Shown piece after piece: positions 28,085 to 38,074 of a stretch of 50,786 nucleotides of DNA. The DNA comes from an uncultured Candidatus Saccharibacteria bacterium. Lineage in GTDB: Bacteria > Patescibacteriota > Saccharimonadia > Saccharimonadales > Saccharimonadaceae. The DNA is taken from positions 1 to 50,786 of the forward strand of contig CAMZIV010000001.1 in the NCBI GenBank assembly GCA_947307355.1, given 5' to 3'. Every line of letters starts with the position of its first letter. Position 1 is the first letter of the stretch. Under the pieces are notes generated by a model. The model was not told the DNA's origin. It made no database searches and saw nothing but the letters and a program-made list of their open reading frames with translations. The position numbers were made by a program, and so were the translations under genes.

Positions 28085-29134
28085 ATGAAAACTATTCGTG
28101 ACATCAACGTAAAAGGTAAAATTGTTTTGGTGCGCGTGGATTACAACGTGCCGATGGATGAGGGAAAGATTACGGATGACTTAAGAATTCGCGCAAGCTT
28201 GCCTACACTTGAATATTTGCGTGAGGCTGGCGCTCTTAAAATCATTTTGATTTCACATATGGGTCGTCCGGAGGGCAGGGACAAATCTTTGTCGCTCAAA
28301 GTAGTGGCCGATGCGCTTAATAAGATGCTTCCAAACGTAGGGTTTGTAGCTGATGTTTCTGGCCCGGATGTAGAAGAAGCAGTTTCAAAGCTAACTAAAG
28401 GTGGGATTTTGTTACTTGAAAACTTACGTTTCTTTGCTGGCGAAGAAGGAAATGACGATGAGTTTATTCGCGAGATTGTTGACTCTACTGGCGCGGAAGT
28501 ATTTGTGCAAGATGGATTTGCTGTAGTACATCGTGCTCATGCTTCTACTTCAGCAATTGCAAATCATTTGCCAGTATACGCTGGGCTTCTTTTGGAGAAA
28601 GAAATTACAAATTTGTATAAGGTGATTGATAACCCAGAAAAGCCTTTGTTACTTATTATCGGTGGTTCAAAAGTGGATGATAAAAAACCTTTGATTGATA
28701 AGTTTAATAAGATTGCTGACCAAATTGTGGTGGGCGGTAAGATTGCGGCAGATGGTTATCCGGCTTCGGATAAGATTTATGTGGCGGAAGATTTTGATGA
28801 GGATGGGGAAGGGACGAAATTAGATATCGGCCCGCTTTCTACTGGTGTGATTGCTGGATATGTTGCGAATGCTAAAACCATTATTTGGAATGGCGTGCTT
28901 GGTAAGGTAGAAGACCCAGCCTATGCTACTGCTTCTACAATTATTGCCGAAGAGATTGGTAAAAAAGATGACGTTACGAGCGTGATTTGTGGTGGTGACA
29001 CAACTGGATTTGTTGAGAATTTGATGGCCGAGAAACCAGAGCTAAAGTATTCTTTGGTATCTACTGGTGGTGGTGCGGCGCTGGAGTTTTTGTCCGGCAA
29101 GAGTTTGCCAGGAATTGAAGTAGTAGAACAATAA
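28085..29134 (+). CDS. pgk: Phosphoglycerate kinase (short form)
   Basis: RVDYNVP, SHMGRP, LLENLRF, HRAHAS, DIGP, GGGDT, STGGGA. Confidence 0.96.
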   Translation: MKTIRDINVKGKIVLVRVDYNVPMDEGKITDDLRIRASLPTLEYLREAGALKIILISHMGRPEGRDKSLSLKVVADALNKMLPNVGFVADVSGPDVEEAVSKLTKGGILLLENLRFFAGEEGNDDEFIREIVDSTGAEVFVQDGFAVVHRAHASTSAIANHLPVYAGLLLEKEITNLYKVIDNPEKPLLLIIGGSKVDDKKPLIDKFNKIADQIVVGGKIAADGYPASDKIYVAEDFDEDGEGTKLDIGPLSTGVIAGYVANAKTIIWNGVLGKVEDPAYATASTIIAEEIGKKDDVTSVICGGDTTGFVENLMAEKPELKYSLVSTGGGAALEFLSGKSLPGIEVVEQ

Positions 29135-29175
29135 TTTTATTTACATGATATGCGCCACGTGATATAATTTTTGTT

Positions 29176-30726
29176 ATGAAAAAAGCAAAAACTTACCAAG
29201 AAGTGATTGGTGAAACTATTGAGCAGATGCGTCTTGAAAAAGGCTGGACGCAGGGCGATCTTGCAAAAGCAGTTGGCTCTTCGCAGTCTGCAATTCACCG
29301 CATTGAAAAAGGTGGCCAAAATGTGTCACTAGAAATGATTAAGAAGCTTTCCGAAGCGCTTGGCAACCAAATTCTCTCTATTAATGATTCCGTATCACAG
29401 AGTTTTAGAATTCGTGGCGGCAAGGAACTGACTGGTGAAATTACCGTTAATACTTCTAAAAATGCAGCGGTTGGGCTTCTTTGTGCGGCACTTCTAAATA
29501 CTGGCAGAACCGTGCTTCATCGTGTTGCTAGGATCGAAGAAGTCTTTAGAATTATTGAAGTTTTGGAATCAATTGGCGTAAAATGTCATTGGCAAAACCG
29601 TCATCGTGACCTAGAAATTATATCACCGCGCGAATTGAAGCTTGACGAAATGGATATTGAAGCAGCTAGAAAAACTCGTTCGATCATTATGTTCCTAGGG
29701 CCTTTGCTTCATCGCCAAAAGAAATTCCAGCTTCCATATGCTGGTGGATGTTCTTTGGGTGTACGTACAGTAGAGCCACATCTAAAGGCGCTCGAAAGTT
29801 TTGGTCTTAAGGTTGATGCTACGAGCGATAGTGGTTTTTATGATGTGGAAGTAGATCAGACCATGCTAAAAAGTCACGAAGATAAATATATTGTTTTAAC
29901 CGAACGTGGCGACACGGTGACGGAAAACGTTTTGATGGCGGCTGCACTTTTCCCAGGTAAGACCAAAATCATTGGCGCTTCGCCAAACTACATGGTGCAG
30001 GACGTTTGTTTTTATCTCGAAAAACTTGGCGTAAAGATTTCTGGTATTGGTACAACTACGCTTACTGTTTGGGGCAGGCCACGTATCAATACAGATGTTG
30101 AATATCATTTGTCTGAAGATCCAATCGAGGCGATGTCATTTATCGCGGCGGCGCTTGTAACGAATTCTGAGATTAAGATTTCGCGTGCACCGATTGAATT
30201 TCTCGAGATTGAGCTTGAAGTTCTCAAAAATATGAATGTGAAATTTGAAAAGTCTGAAGAATATTTTTCGGCGAATGGTAAAACAAGGTTGGTGGATTTG
30301 GTGATTAAAAAATCTAAGTTAATTGCGCCAGTAGACAAAATTCATCCGATGCCTTTCCCAGGGCTAAATATTGATAATCTTCCGTTCTTTTCCGTGATTG
30401 CGGCGGTGGCAGAAGGTCGAACTTTGATTCATGACTGGGTGTTTGAAAACCGCGCGGTATATATTACTGAGCTCGCGAATTTAAATGTGAAGGTGGACCT
30501 TCTTGATGCGCACCGTGTCTACATTAATGGTCCTACTAATTGGCGTTCGGCAGAGTTGGTAACTCCACAAGCACTTCGCCCTGCGGTGGTGGTGTTGATT
30601 GGTATGTTGGCTGCGCCGGGTACTTCGATTTTGCGTAACGTTTATCCAATTAATCGCGGCTATCAAGATTTTGCCGCCAGACTTCGTCATTTAGGTGCTG
30701 ACATCGTACCACTTACTGGTATATAA
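29176..30726 (+). CDS. murA: UDP-N-acetylglucosamine 1-carboxyvinyltransferase with N-terminal XRE HTH
   Basis: WTQGDLAKAVGSSQSAIHRIEKG HTH; SKNAA, AGGCSLG.R, PFPG, INRGY. Confidence 0.93.
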   Translation: MKKAKTYQEVIGETIEQMRLEKGWTQGDLAKAVGSSQSAIHRIEKGGQNVSLEMIKKLSEALGNQILSINDSVSQSFRIRGGKELTGEITVNTSKNAAVGLLCAALLNTGRTVLHRVARIEEVFRIIEVLESIGVKCHWQNRHRDLEIISPRELKLDEMDIEAARKTRSIIMFLGPLLHRQKKFQLPYAGGCSLGVRTVEPHLKALESFGLKVDATSDSGFYDVEVDQTMLKSHEDKYIVLTERGDTVTENVLMAAALFPGKTKIIGASPNYMVQDVCFYLEKLGVKISGIGTTTLTVWGRPRINTDVEYHLSEDPIEAMSFIAAALVTNSEIKISRAPIEFLEIELEVLKNMNVKFEKSEEYFSANGKTRLVDLVIKKSKLIAPVDKIHPMPFPGLNIDNLPFFSVIAAVAEGRTLIHDWVFENRAVYITELANLNVKVDLLDAHRVYINGPTNWRSAELVTPQALRPAVVVLIGMLAAPGTSILRNVYPINRGYQDFAARLRHLGADIVPLTGI

Positions 30727-30733
30727 TTAAATA

Positions 30734-32716
30734 ATGATTCTTGATGGACTAAATCCTGCGCAAAAAGAAGCAGTGGAGACCTTGGAAGGGCCAGTGTTGA
30801 TTTTGGCGGGGGCGGGGTCTGGGAAAACTAAGACTCTTACGCATCGCATTGCGAATTTGATTGCCCACGGTGTGCGCGAGCAAAATATTTTGGCGGTGAC
30901 GTTTACTAATAAAGCTGCGAATGAAATGCGCGAAAGACTTTTTCATTTGTTGCATGAAAATGGCGATGCACCGAGAAGTTTTATGCCATACATGGGAACG
31001 TTCCATGGGATTTGTGTGAAGATTCTGAGGATTGAGGCGGAAGCGGCGGGGCTTTCTCGTGATTTTGTGATTTATGATGCGGACGATCAAATTTCTTTGA
31101 TTCGCCGGGTTCTTAAAGATTTGAAACTTTCTGACAATAAGAATTTGAAACCAAAGTCGATTCAAGCGATCATCTCTACGGAAAAGAATCAGGGAAATGA
31201 TCCAGAAGGATACGCTGCGAAGGCGATTTATCCAAATCAGAATGATATCGCAAAAGTATTTGCGGCGTACGAAAAAGAAAAACGCAGTATGGATGCACTA
31301 GATTTTGACGATCTACTTCTTCGCACTTTGGAACTCTTTGCGAATAACCCAAACATTCGCAAAAAATGGCAGGACAAATTTGAACATATTTTGATTGATG
31401 AGTATCAGGATACTAATACAATTCAATATCAGTTGGTGAAGCTGCTCGTAAATGAAAAACGAAATATTTGTGTAGTGGGCGACGATTGGCAGTCGATTTA
31501 TTCATGGCGTGGAGCTGACTTTACAAATATTTTGCATTTTGAGCGTGATTTTCCAGGAGCTAAGGTTATTAAACTAGAACAAAATTATCGTTCGACTGGG
31601 AATATTTTGACTGCATCGCAAAAGGTAATTAACAAAAATGAAACCCGTACGGACAAGACTTTGTTTACGGAAGCGGAAGATGGCGAGCCGGTGGACATCG
31701 AATCATTAAACGACGAGAATGCCGAGGCTACATTTGTAGCGATGAAGATTTTAAATATGAAGCGCGAATATCCAGACTATAGTGATTTTGCGGTTCTATA
31801 CCGCACGAATGCGCAGTCGTATACTTTTGAGCGTGCATTTTTAGATCTTCATATTCCGTACAAAATTGTGGGCGGCGTAAGATTTTATGATCGTAAGGAA
31901 ATTAAGGATGTACTGGCGATTTTGAAAGTGCTCGTAAACCAGCGCGACAAAGTGAGTTTGGAAAGAGTTTTTAAGAATGTAATTTCTGGTGTGGGTGAAG
32001 TGTCACTCGGCAAAATTCTCGCGGCGATTTCGGCGATTGATGACGAGAAGCCACTTTTTAACGCAGACCTTCCGGATGTAATTTTTGCGACCAAGGCCAA
32101 AAATGGTTTACTTAGACTCATTAATTTTGTAAAGAAGACTTCTATTGATGATAATCCGGGTGAAATTGTAAAAAATATTATTTCGTATTTTGATTTTAAG
32201 GCTCTAACTGACGATGGCACTCCGAGTGCAGAAGACAGAATGGGGAACCTTGAAGTAATGGCAGCTACGGCAGCGACGTTTGAAAACTTGGATGACTTTC
32301 TTGCGGAAGCCACACTTATGTCTAGCGCCGATGAAAAGAGCGCAAAAAATTCAGTAACACTTATGACGCTTCACGCGGCAAAGGGTTTGGAATTTCCGGT
32401 GGTATTTATTGTGGGTATGGAAGAGGGGCTTTTCCCGAGTGGTAGAGCGGATGACCAGGCGTCACTAGAAGAAGAAAGGCGCCTTGCTTATGTAGGGATG
32501 ACTCGTGCGATGAAGAGGCTTTTCTTAACCTATGCGGCCTCGCGCTATACGTACGGAAGTCGTAATTACAATATGCCATCTAGGTTTCTAACTGAGCTTG
32601 GTTATAATCCATATGGTTCGTCTGGGTTTAAAGACGAAGACGGCGATGGATTTACTGATGATGATTTTGAAGATAATGATCCGTTTCCGGATGATGTGCC
32701 GACCTTTGGATGGTGA
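30734..32716 (+). CDS. pcrA: UvrD/PcrA DNA helicase
   Basis: AGAGSGKT, DEYQD, GDDWQSIYSWRGA, QNYRS, HAAKGLEF, EEERRLAYVGMTRA. Confidence 0.95.
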   Translation: MILDGLNPAQKEAVETLEGPVLILAGAGSGKTKTLTHRIANLIAHGVREQNILAVTFTNKAANEMRERLFHLLHENGDAPRSFMPYMGTFHGICVKILRIEAEAAGLSRDFVIYDADDQISLIRRVLKDLKLSDNKNLKPKSIQAIISTEKNQGNDPEGYAAKAIYPNQNDIAKVFAAYEKEKRSMDALDFDDLLLRTLELFANNPNIRKKWQDKFEHILIDEYQDTNTIQYQLVKLLVNEKRNICVVGDDWQSIYSWRGADFTNILHFERDFPGAKVIKLEQNYRSTGNILTASQKVINKNETRTDKTLFTEAEDGEPVDIESLNDENAEATFVAMKILNMKREYPDYSDFAVLYRTNAQSYTFERAFLDLHIPYKIVGGVRFYDRKEIKDVLAILKVLVNQRDKVSLERVFKNVISGVGEVSLGKILAAISAIDDEKPLFNADLPDVIFATKAKNGLLRLINFVKKTSIDDNPGEIVKNIISYFDFKALTDDGTPSAEDRMGNLEVMAATAATFENLDDFLAEATLMSSADEKSAKNSVTLMTLHAAKGLEFPVVFIVGMEEGLFPSGRADDQASLEEERRLAYVGMTRAMKRLFLTYAASRYTYGSRNYNMPSRFLTELGYNPYGSSGFKDEDGDGFTDDDFEDNDPFPDDVPTFGW

Positions 32717-32728
32717 TATAATAAAACT

Positions 32729-33169
32729 ATGAAAATTCTATGGACTGATGGTAGCGCTTCGCCAAATCCTGGACCAGGAGGGTTCGCGGTGCTTGAAGAT
32801 AAAAATGGAAATGTAGTGCCAGTGGCACTTGGCCGCGATAAGGACACTACGAATATTCGGATGGAAGGCATGGCGATGATTGCTGCGATTAAATATGCTG
32901 ACAAAGAGCCGTGTGAAATTCATTCGGATTCAGAATTTTGGATTAATGTGCTGACAAAATGGGCCCCGGCTTGGAAGGAAAATGGATGGGAGAAAAAGAC
33001 TGGCGAGATAAAAAATTTGGATTTGGTGCAAGAATTATATGATTTATATTCTAATAATCCAGTAGAGCTCGTTTGGGTGCGTGGACATGTAGGCACCGAG
33101 AATAATGAGCTCGCGGACCAGTGGGCAAATAAAGCGCGTGAGGGTGCAACGCTAGATGTGGCACACTAG
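32729..33169 (+). CDS. rnhA: Ribonuclease HI
   Basis: TDGS..NPGPGG, TTNIRME, SDS, WVRGH.G..NNELAD. Confidence 0.95.
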   Translation: MKILWTDGSASPNPGPGGFAVLEDKNGNVVPVALGRDKDTTNIRMEGMAMIAAIKYADKEPCEIHSDSEFWINVLTKWAPAWKENGWEKKTGEIKNLDLVQELYDLYSNNPVELVWVRGHVGTENNELADQWANKAREGATLDVAH

Positions 33170-33201
33170 ATATAGCGCGCTAGATATGGTATAGTATAAA
33201 T

Positions 33202-34437
33202 ATGAAATTATCTGAAGAACTAAAATATCGTGGCTTTGTAGCCGAGACTACTATTGATAATATCGAGGATCTTGACACCCGTGAATCCAAAAAGTTCTAT
33301 TGGGGCGCAGATCCATCCGCAGATTCTCTTACGATTGGCAATCTCGCAGCTCTTATGATGTGTGCTTGTTTTGTGCGCCATGGTTATGAGCCGTATCTCT
33401 TGGTTGGCGGTGCAACCGGCCAAATCGGTGATCCAAAAGAGAATGGCGAAAGAGAATTAAAACCACTCGAAGAAGTTGAACATAACAAAAAATGTATTGG
33501 TGAACAAATTGCACGTGTAGTGAAGGCCGATAACCTTACTATGGTAGATAACTATGATTGGTTCTCTCAGATTAAATTCTTGGATTTCTTGCGTGAGGTA
33601 GGTAAATCATTCTCAATGACACAGCTGCTCGATCGCCAATTTGTACAAAAACGTATTGGTGAAGGTGGTGCTGGTATTTCTTATGCTGAGTTTTCTTACA
33701 CGCTGATTCAGGGTTATGATTTTCTACATCTTTATCGTAAGTATGGCGTAGCTTTGCAGCTTTGTGGCGCTGACCAGTATGGTAACTGTACTTCTGGTAT
33801 TCATTTGATTAAGAGACTTGAGGATGCAGTGGCCGACGTCTGGTCTACTCCACTTGTGATTGATCCAGTAACTGGCCGTAAATTTGGTAAGTCTGAAGGC
33901 AATGCTGTGTGGCTAGCTGGCTCTGACAATGGTTCTGGTAACTATACTTCGATCTTTGATTTTTATCAATTCTGGATGAACCAATCTGACGAAGCCGTGG
34001 CAAATCTAATTAAGATTTATACTTTGCTTGAACCTGAGAGAATTGAAGAAATTCTTCGCCAGCACAACGAGCGCCCGGAAGAACGCATTGCGCAAAAAGC
34101 ACTTGCTCGTGGCGCTACTGAAGTAGTACATGGCAAAGAAAATGCGGAAGCAGTTGAGAATTTGACCGCGTTGCTATTTAATCGCGATACAAACTTTGCT
34201 GAATTTAGCGCAGACGAGATTAATGAATTTGCAAAGTATTTGCCAGTGGCTGAGCGCGGTGTAAATATTGTAGATTTGCTTGTTAATACTGGCCTGGCTG
34301 AATCAAAGAAGAAGGCTCGCGAATTCATCATGCAAGGTGCTGTATCTGTAAATGGTGCAAAAGTTACTGACGAAATCAATATTGAACAAACTGCCATTAT
34401 TAAAAAAGGCAAAAACAAGTTTGCAGTTGTAAAATAA
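33202..34437 (+). CDS. tyrS: Tyrosyl-tRNA synthetase
   Basis: DPSADSLTIGN, QGYDF, GADQYGN, KFGKS, S4-like C-terminus. Confidence 0.96.
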   Translation: MKLSEELKYRGFVAETTIDNIEDLDTRESKKFYWGADPSADSLTIGNLAALMMCACFVRHGYEPYLLVGGATGQIGDPKENGERELKPLEEVEHNKKCIGEQIARVVKADNLTMVDNYDWFSQIKFLDFLREVGKSFSMTQLLDRQFVQKRIGEGGAGISYAEFSYTLIQGYDFLHLYRKYGVALQLCGADQYGNCTSGIHLIKRLEDAVADVWSTPLVIDPVTGRKFGKSEGNAVWLAGSDNGSGNYTSIFDFYQFWMNQSDEAVANLIKIYTLLEPERIEEILRQHNERPEERIAQKALARGATEVVHGKENAEAVENLTALLFNRDTNFAEFSADEINEFAKYLPVAERGVNIVDLLVNTGLAESKKKAREFIMQGAVSVNGAKVTDEINIEQTAIIKKGKNKFAVVK

Positions 34438-34448
34438 TTAGCCTGTGG

Positions 34449-34478
34449 AAAACTCCCTAAAAAAATAGGGAGTTTTTT
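34449..34478 (+). terminator. tyrS terminator
   Basis: AAAACTCCCTA..TAGGGAGTTTTTT. Confidence 0.85.
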
Positions 34479-34550
34479 GTTGCATTTAGCGTAAGCATAT
34501 TGTATAATAAAATCACAATTAGGTCATAAACATAAAAAGGTAAAACAAAA

Positions 34551-36563
34551 ATGCTCCACACTCATATTGTTTTATTAAAGAGGATACATGTATCCGCCTT
34601 CGTCGCTTCAAGCTTTTTGTTGGTACTGTTCGGCCTAGCTTTCTTCCCGGTAGCGAGTAGCTCCTCAGATACTTTGGCAGCTCCTGCTCCAAGTGAAACT
34701 ACTCTTTCTATGACCGCAGAAAACATTAACCTTGATCTTAGTGTGGACAATCCAAATGGTACCTTTAATGCTAGTGACCCAGCTTCTCTTACCGTTGCAA
34801 CAAATAACTACACTGGTTATACGCTTAGCATTCTAGCCAGCACTTCTGGTTCTGATGCATCTAAACTTGTAAATGGAGCGCACGAGTTTAGTTCTATTTC
34901 GACTACTTCTTCTGCAAATGATTTTAATAATGGTAACTGGGGTCTACTTCCAAGCAAAGTGAACTCTGCTGCTAACTCAAGCTATATTCCAGCACCAACT
35001 ACTGAAGGCACCACGCTTGATGCTACTAATTCTGCAAATACTGATGCTAATTCTTACACACTTGTTCTTGGTGCAAAGGCAGACTATACACTTCCTACCG
35101 GACGCTATTCTAATACTTTTGTAGTTGTGGCTGTGGCAAATCCAGTAGGATATTCTATAACTTATGACGACAATACCACGGATGAAGTAGGCAATATGCC
35201 AGCAAACCAAGCTGGCGATCTTGAAGATACTGACATCACTATTTCTTCAAATGTTCCAACTAGAACTGGTTATACATTTAATAATTGGTGTGATGACGCA
35301 GTGACCGCCACGAACGGTATTGATTCTTGTGCCGGTAATATTTATGAGCCAGGCGATACATTTGTTACTAGCATGCAAACAACGAATAATTTGACACTTA
35401 CTGCAATGTGGAATCGTACTTATACAATTGTATTTGAAGCTAATGATGGTACTGGCACGATGCCGGATCAAAGAATTATTGGCAGCACTGCTACCCTAGA
35501 TGCGAACCTATTTACTAGGGCTGAATATGACTTTGATGGTTGGGATACGGAGCCAGATGGCACTGGTACAAGTTATATTGATGAAGACACTTTCACTGTT
35601 CCTGCTTCTGGTACATCTACTACGCTTTATGCGCAGTGGAAAGAAATTACTTTTGATGAGGCTTATGATAGGGCAAATAAAACTAAAGATGCTACCTCTG
35701 ATAAATATAAGTTAAGTGATATGTCTACGTCTATTTGTTCTACAATTACTACTGGGCAAACTAGCCAACTAGTGGATATCCGTGATGGCAATATATATAA
35801 TGTGGGCAAATTAGCGGATGGACGATGCTGGCTACTTGATAATCTCGCCCTCGATCTCACTGCTACTGGGGCTAGCACTAGAATCACTTCTGCTAACACC
35901 AACGCGGATAATACTTCTTTGAATGCGTTATTCGGCACTGCTGTGCGTGTTTTTGCTAATGACCCATATGGTAATCTTGCTACAGCTGGAGTGGCGGACT
36001 GGGTTTCTTCTCGTAGTTATTCTGCACCGTTAATAAGCGCTTCCGATAAAAATGCAGTCCCGACAGACACAATATCTACAACTGGTGGATATAAAGTAGG
36101 TATATATTATAACTACTGTGCTGCTTCTGCTGGTAGTTATTGTTATGGCCATGATGATGTTGCTTATTACGATGGAGTAGATAAACCAAAAACTGCTATT
36201 GACGCGGAATATGATATTTGTCCTGCAAACTGGAGAATGCCAACTGGTTATAACTATGATGCTACGGATAGACCAGATGGTGCCGAATTTCAAAAATTGC
36301 TGAATAAGTACCCGGATATTGCTGGTGGAGACAACCAGTATACTAGATTTAGAAATGCTCTTCGTCTTCCTCTCTCAGGCCATTTTGATGGCGGCTCGGT
36401 GTATAACCGTAATAATACTTCTCTCGTTTGGTCTTCGACATTTGCTAGTGGAGGCTCATATGCAGCATCAATGTATTATTTGGGTGTGACTACGTCTGAT
36501 ATTGGAGCACAGAGCAGTTATTCTCGTAGTTTTGGCTACTCGGTTCGTTGTATTGCTAAATAA
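34551..36563 (+). CDS. Exported surface protein with InlB B/Listeria-Bacteroides-like repeats and a FISUMP-like C-terminal domain
   Basis: N-terminal hydrophobic segment; PTRTGYTFNNW and FTRAEYDFDGW..LYAQW repeats; D.RDG..Y...LADG.CW..NL, YYNY.AA, ICPANWRMPT, GYSVRC. Confidence 0.8.
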   Translation: MLHTHIVLLKRIHVSAFVASSFLLVLFGLAFFPVASSSSDTLAAPAPSETTLSMTAENINLDLSVDNPNGTFNASDPASLTVATNNYTGYTLSILASTSGSDASKLVNGAHEFSSISTTSSANDFNNGNWGLLPSKVNSAANSSYIPAPTTEGTTLDATNSANTDANSYTLVLGAKADYTLPTGRYSNTFVVVAVANPVGYSITYDDNTTDEVGNMPANQAGDLEDTDITISSNVPTRTGYTFNNWCDDAVTATNGIDSCAGNIYEPGDTFVTSMQTTNNLTLTAMWNRTYTIVFEANDGTGTMPDQRIIGSTATLDANLFTRAEYDFDGWDTEPDGTGTSYIDEDTFTVPASGTSTTLYAQWKEITFDEAYDRANKTKDATSDKYKLSDMSTSICSTITTGQTSQLVDIRDGNIYNVGKLADGRCWLLDNLALDLTATGASTRITSANTNADNTSLNALFGTAVRVFANDPYGNLATAGVADWVSSRSYSAPLISASDKNAVPTDTISTTGGYKVGIYYNYCAASAGSYCYGHDDVAYYDGVDKPKTAIDAEYDICPANWRMPTGYNYDATDRPDGAEFQKLLNKYPDIAGGDNQYTRFRNALRLPLSGHFDGGSVYNRNNTSLVWSSTFASGGSYAASMYYLGVTTSDIGAQSSYSRSFGYSVRCIAK

Positions 36564-36590
36564 AAAAATAGCCCCTCGGGGCTATTTTTT
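36563..36590. terminator. Bidirectional terminator
   Basis: AAAAAATAGCCCC-TC-GGGGCTATTTTTT. Confidence 0.88.
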
Positions 36591-36600
36591 GAATGCTTAA

Positions 36601-36873
36601 TTAGCGGACTTCTACGCGGATGCGTGGCAAAGATTTGCCGGAGAAGTGAGTTTTCTTTGTTTTTACAAAGGTAACTACACCGTCTTTTGCTGCGTGAATA
36701 GTGAAATTGCGGGACATGTAAGTACCTGGGCCTGCAATTTTGGTAGCACCAGTTTGGCGAACTAGTACTTCGCCGTTTTTAACTTTTTGGCCACCGAAGC
36801 GCTTTACGCCTAGGCGCTGGCCAGCATTGTTATGGACGTTCTTGGCGGTACCGCCAGCTTTTACGTGTGACAT
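36601..36873 (-). CDS. rpmA: 50S ribosomal protein L27
   Basis: MSHVKAGG, RLGVKRFGGQ.V..GEVLVRQ.G. Confidence 0.96.
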   Translation of the reverse strand: MSHVKAGGTAKNVHNNAGQRLGVKRFGGQKVKNGEVLVRQTGATKIAGPGTYMSRNFTIHAAKDGVVTFVKTKKTHFSGKSLPRIRVEVR

Positions 36874-38037
36874 TTATTTCTTCCTTAATATTATTATATC
36901 TCTCGCGACAATTTGGTCATCTCGATGATAAAGAAGCCCCTCGCGCGATTTATTCATAACATTATACCCCATATTCTCAATTTCGTCAACAATTTCTAGG
37001 CGGGAATAGGTGCCGTTTGGCCTTAGCCAAGCTGGGGTAGCGATAACAACTGGCGTTTTAGGCTCGATTTGCCCGGCTAAATTTTTGAGAAATCCTAGAA
37101 TAATACTGCCACACTCTTGTTTTTGCTCTTTTAGCTTGATCTCGGCAGGGGCCTGCGACATTGGTGCGCCAAGATAGCCTTCGCAGGCGACAGCGTCTAT
37201 CGGCTGTTCCCATTGAAAGCTGGTAGCATCACCTATAGAAACTTGGAACGGTTTGTTCTCGGGCCGCGTCGCCTCGTCCCGTCGGCACGGGCGAGGCGCG
37301 CTCGTCCTCGGCTTGCCAGCCTCCGGATTCCCTCGAACCAACCATTCCAGATTTCTCTTGGTGTAATCTACCATTTTTTCACTGAGGTCAGTGCCGTAGG
37401 CACTGTAGCCCATGAGGAGTGCTTCTTGGAGTACTACGCCGGTGCCACAGAATGGGTCAAGAATACGAGAGCCAGCCGGGAGTGGACCACAAAGATTGAT
37501 GAGAATTTGTGCGAGCTTTGGTGGGAGCATACCGACTTTGGCGTCTCTGGCCGGGCGGGCTTGGTCGCGCTTAGTGTAGGCATCGATATCTTGTACGCCA
37601 ACCACGCGGAACCAATCATTATCCAACTTAATAAGCTCGAATTTACGTTCGTTTTTGCCAGATAAGCCATTATGAAGGGAAGTAGCGGTAGAGAGAATAG
37701 CGTCGCGGCTTTCGACTACGCGAACAGAGCGACCATGGCGAACCAGAATTTGTTTTAATTTCAAAGCTTCAGTTTTGGCGGAGCGAGCAGAGGCGTTTTT
37801 GCTATAGTCACTAACGCCGATAGTAATTTTACCGTCTGGTGCATTTTGCAAAAAATCTAGAGGTTTTTCGTTTAATTCTTCGGCGATCTTGATGCTGCCA
37901 CCAAGGCGATTGATATCGACTGACTCGGCAGTAAAAGTAGCTAGAGATTTGGAAATTTGTTTAACATCAGAAAAAAGTGCCTCAAGTTCGGCAAGGGAAA
38001 TTTCTGGTTGACGCCCCAAAACCGCGAGATATTTCAT
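36874..38037 (-). CDS. Trm11/UPF0020-like putative RNA methyltransferase carrying a palindromic insert
   Basis: RLGG, GMLPPKLAQILINL, ILDPFCGTG; start placed at MKYLAVLGRQ, 7 nt after TATAAT. Confidence 0.85.
   Translation of the reverse strand: MKYLAVLGRQPEISLAELEALFSDVKQISKSLATFTAESVDINRLGGSIKIAEELNEKPLDFLQNAPDGKITIGVSDYSKNASARSAKTEALKLKQILVRHGRSVRVVESRDAILSTATSLHNGLSGKNERKFELIKLDNDWFRVVGVQDIDAYTKRDQARPARDAKVGMLPPKLAQILINLCGPLPAGSRILDPFCGTGVVLQEALLMGYSAYGTDLSEKMVDYTKRNLEWLVRGNPEAGKPRTSAPRPCRRDEATRPENKPFQVSIGDATSFQWEQPIDAVACEGYLGAPMSQAPAEIKLKEQKQECGSIILGFLKNLAGQIEPKTPVVIATPAWLRPNGTYSRLEIVDEIENMGYNVMNKSREGLLYHRDDQIVARDIIILRKK
37237..37356. repeat. In-frame palindromic element, copy 2
   Basis: Imperfect 22-bp terminal inverted repeat; core homologous to 22366-22486. 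Confidence 0.85.
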
Positions 38038-38074
38038 ATCTAATATTATATCATAACTGTGGTATAATCTTATT

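Noticed and set aside
28085..29134. pgk as a pseudogene because it is short
   Set aside because: All key motifs are present and the frame is intact; consistent with streamlining
34444..34452. DnaA box-like TGTGGAAAA
   Set aside because: Single mismatched copy overlapping a terminator; no cluster
35700..36563. Diversity-generating retroelement target in the surface protein C-terminus
   Set aside because: No reverse transcriptase gene or template repeat seen in the window
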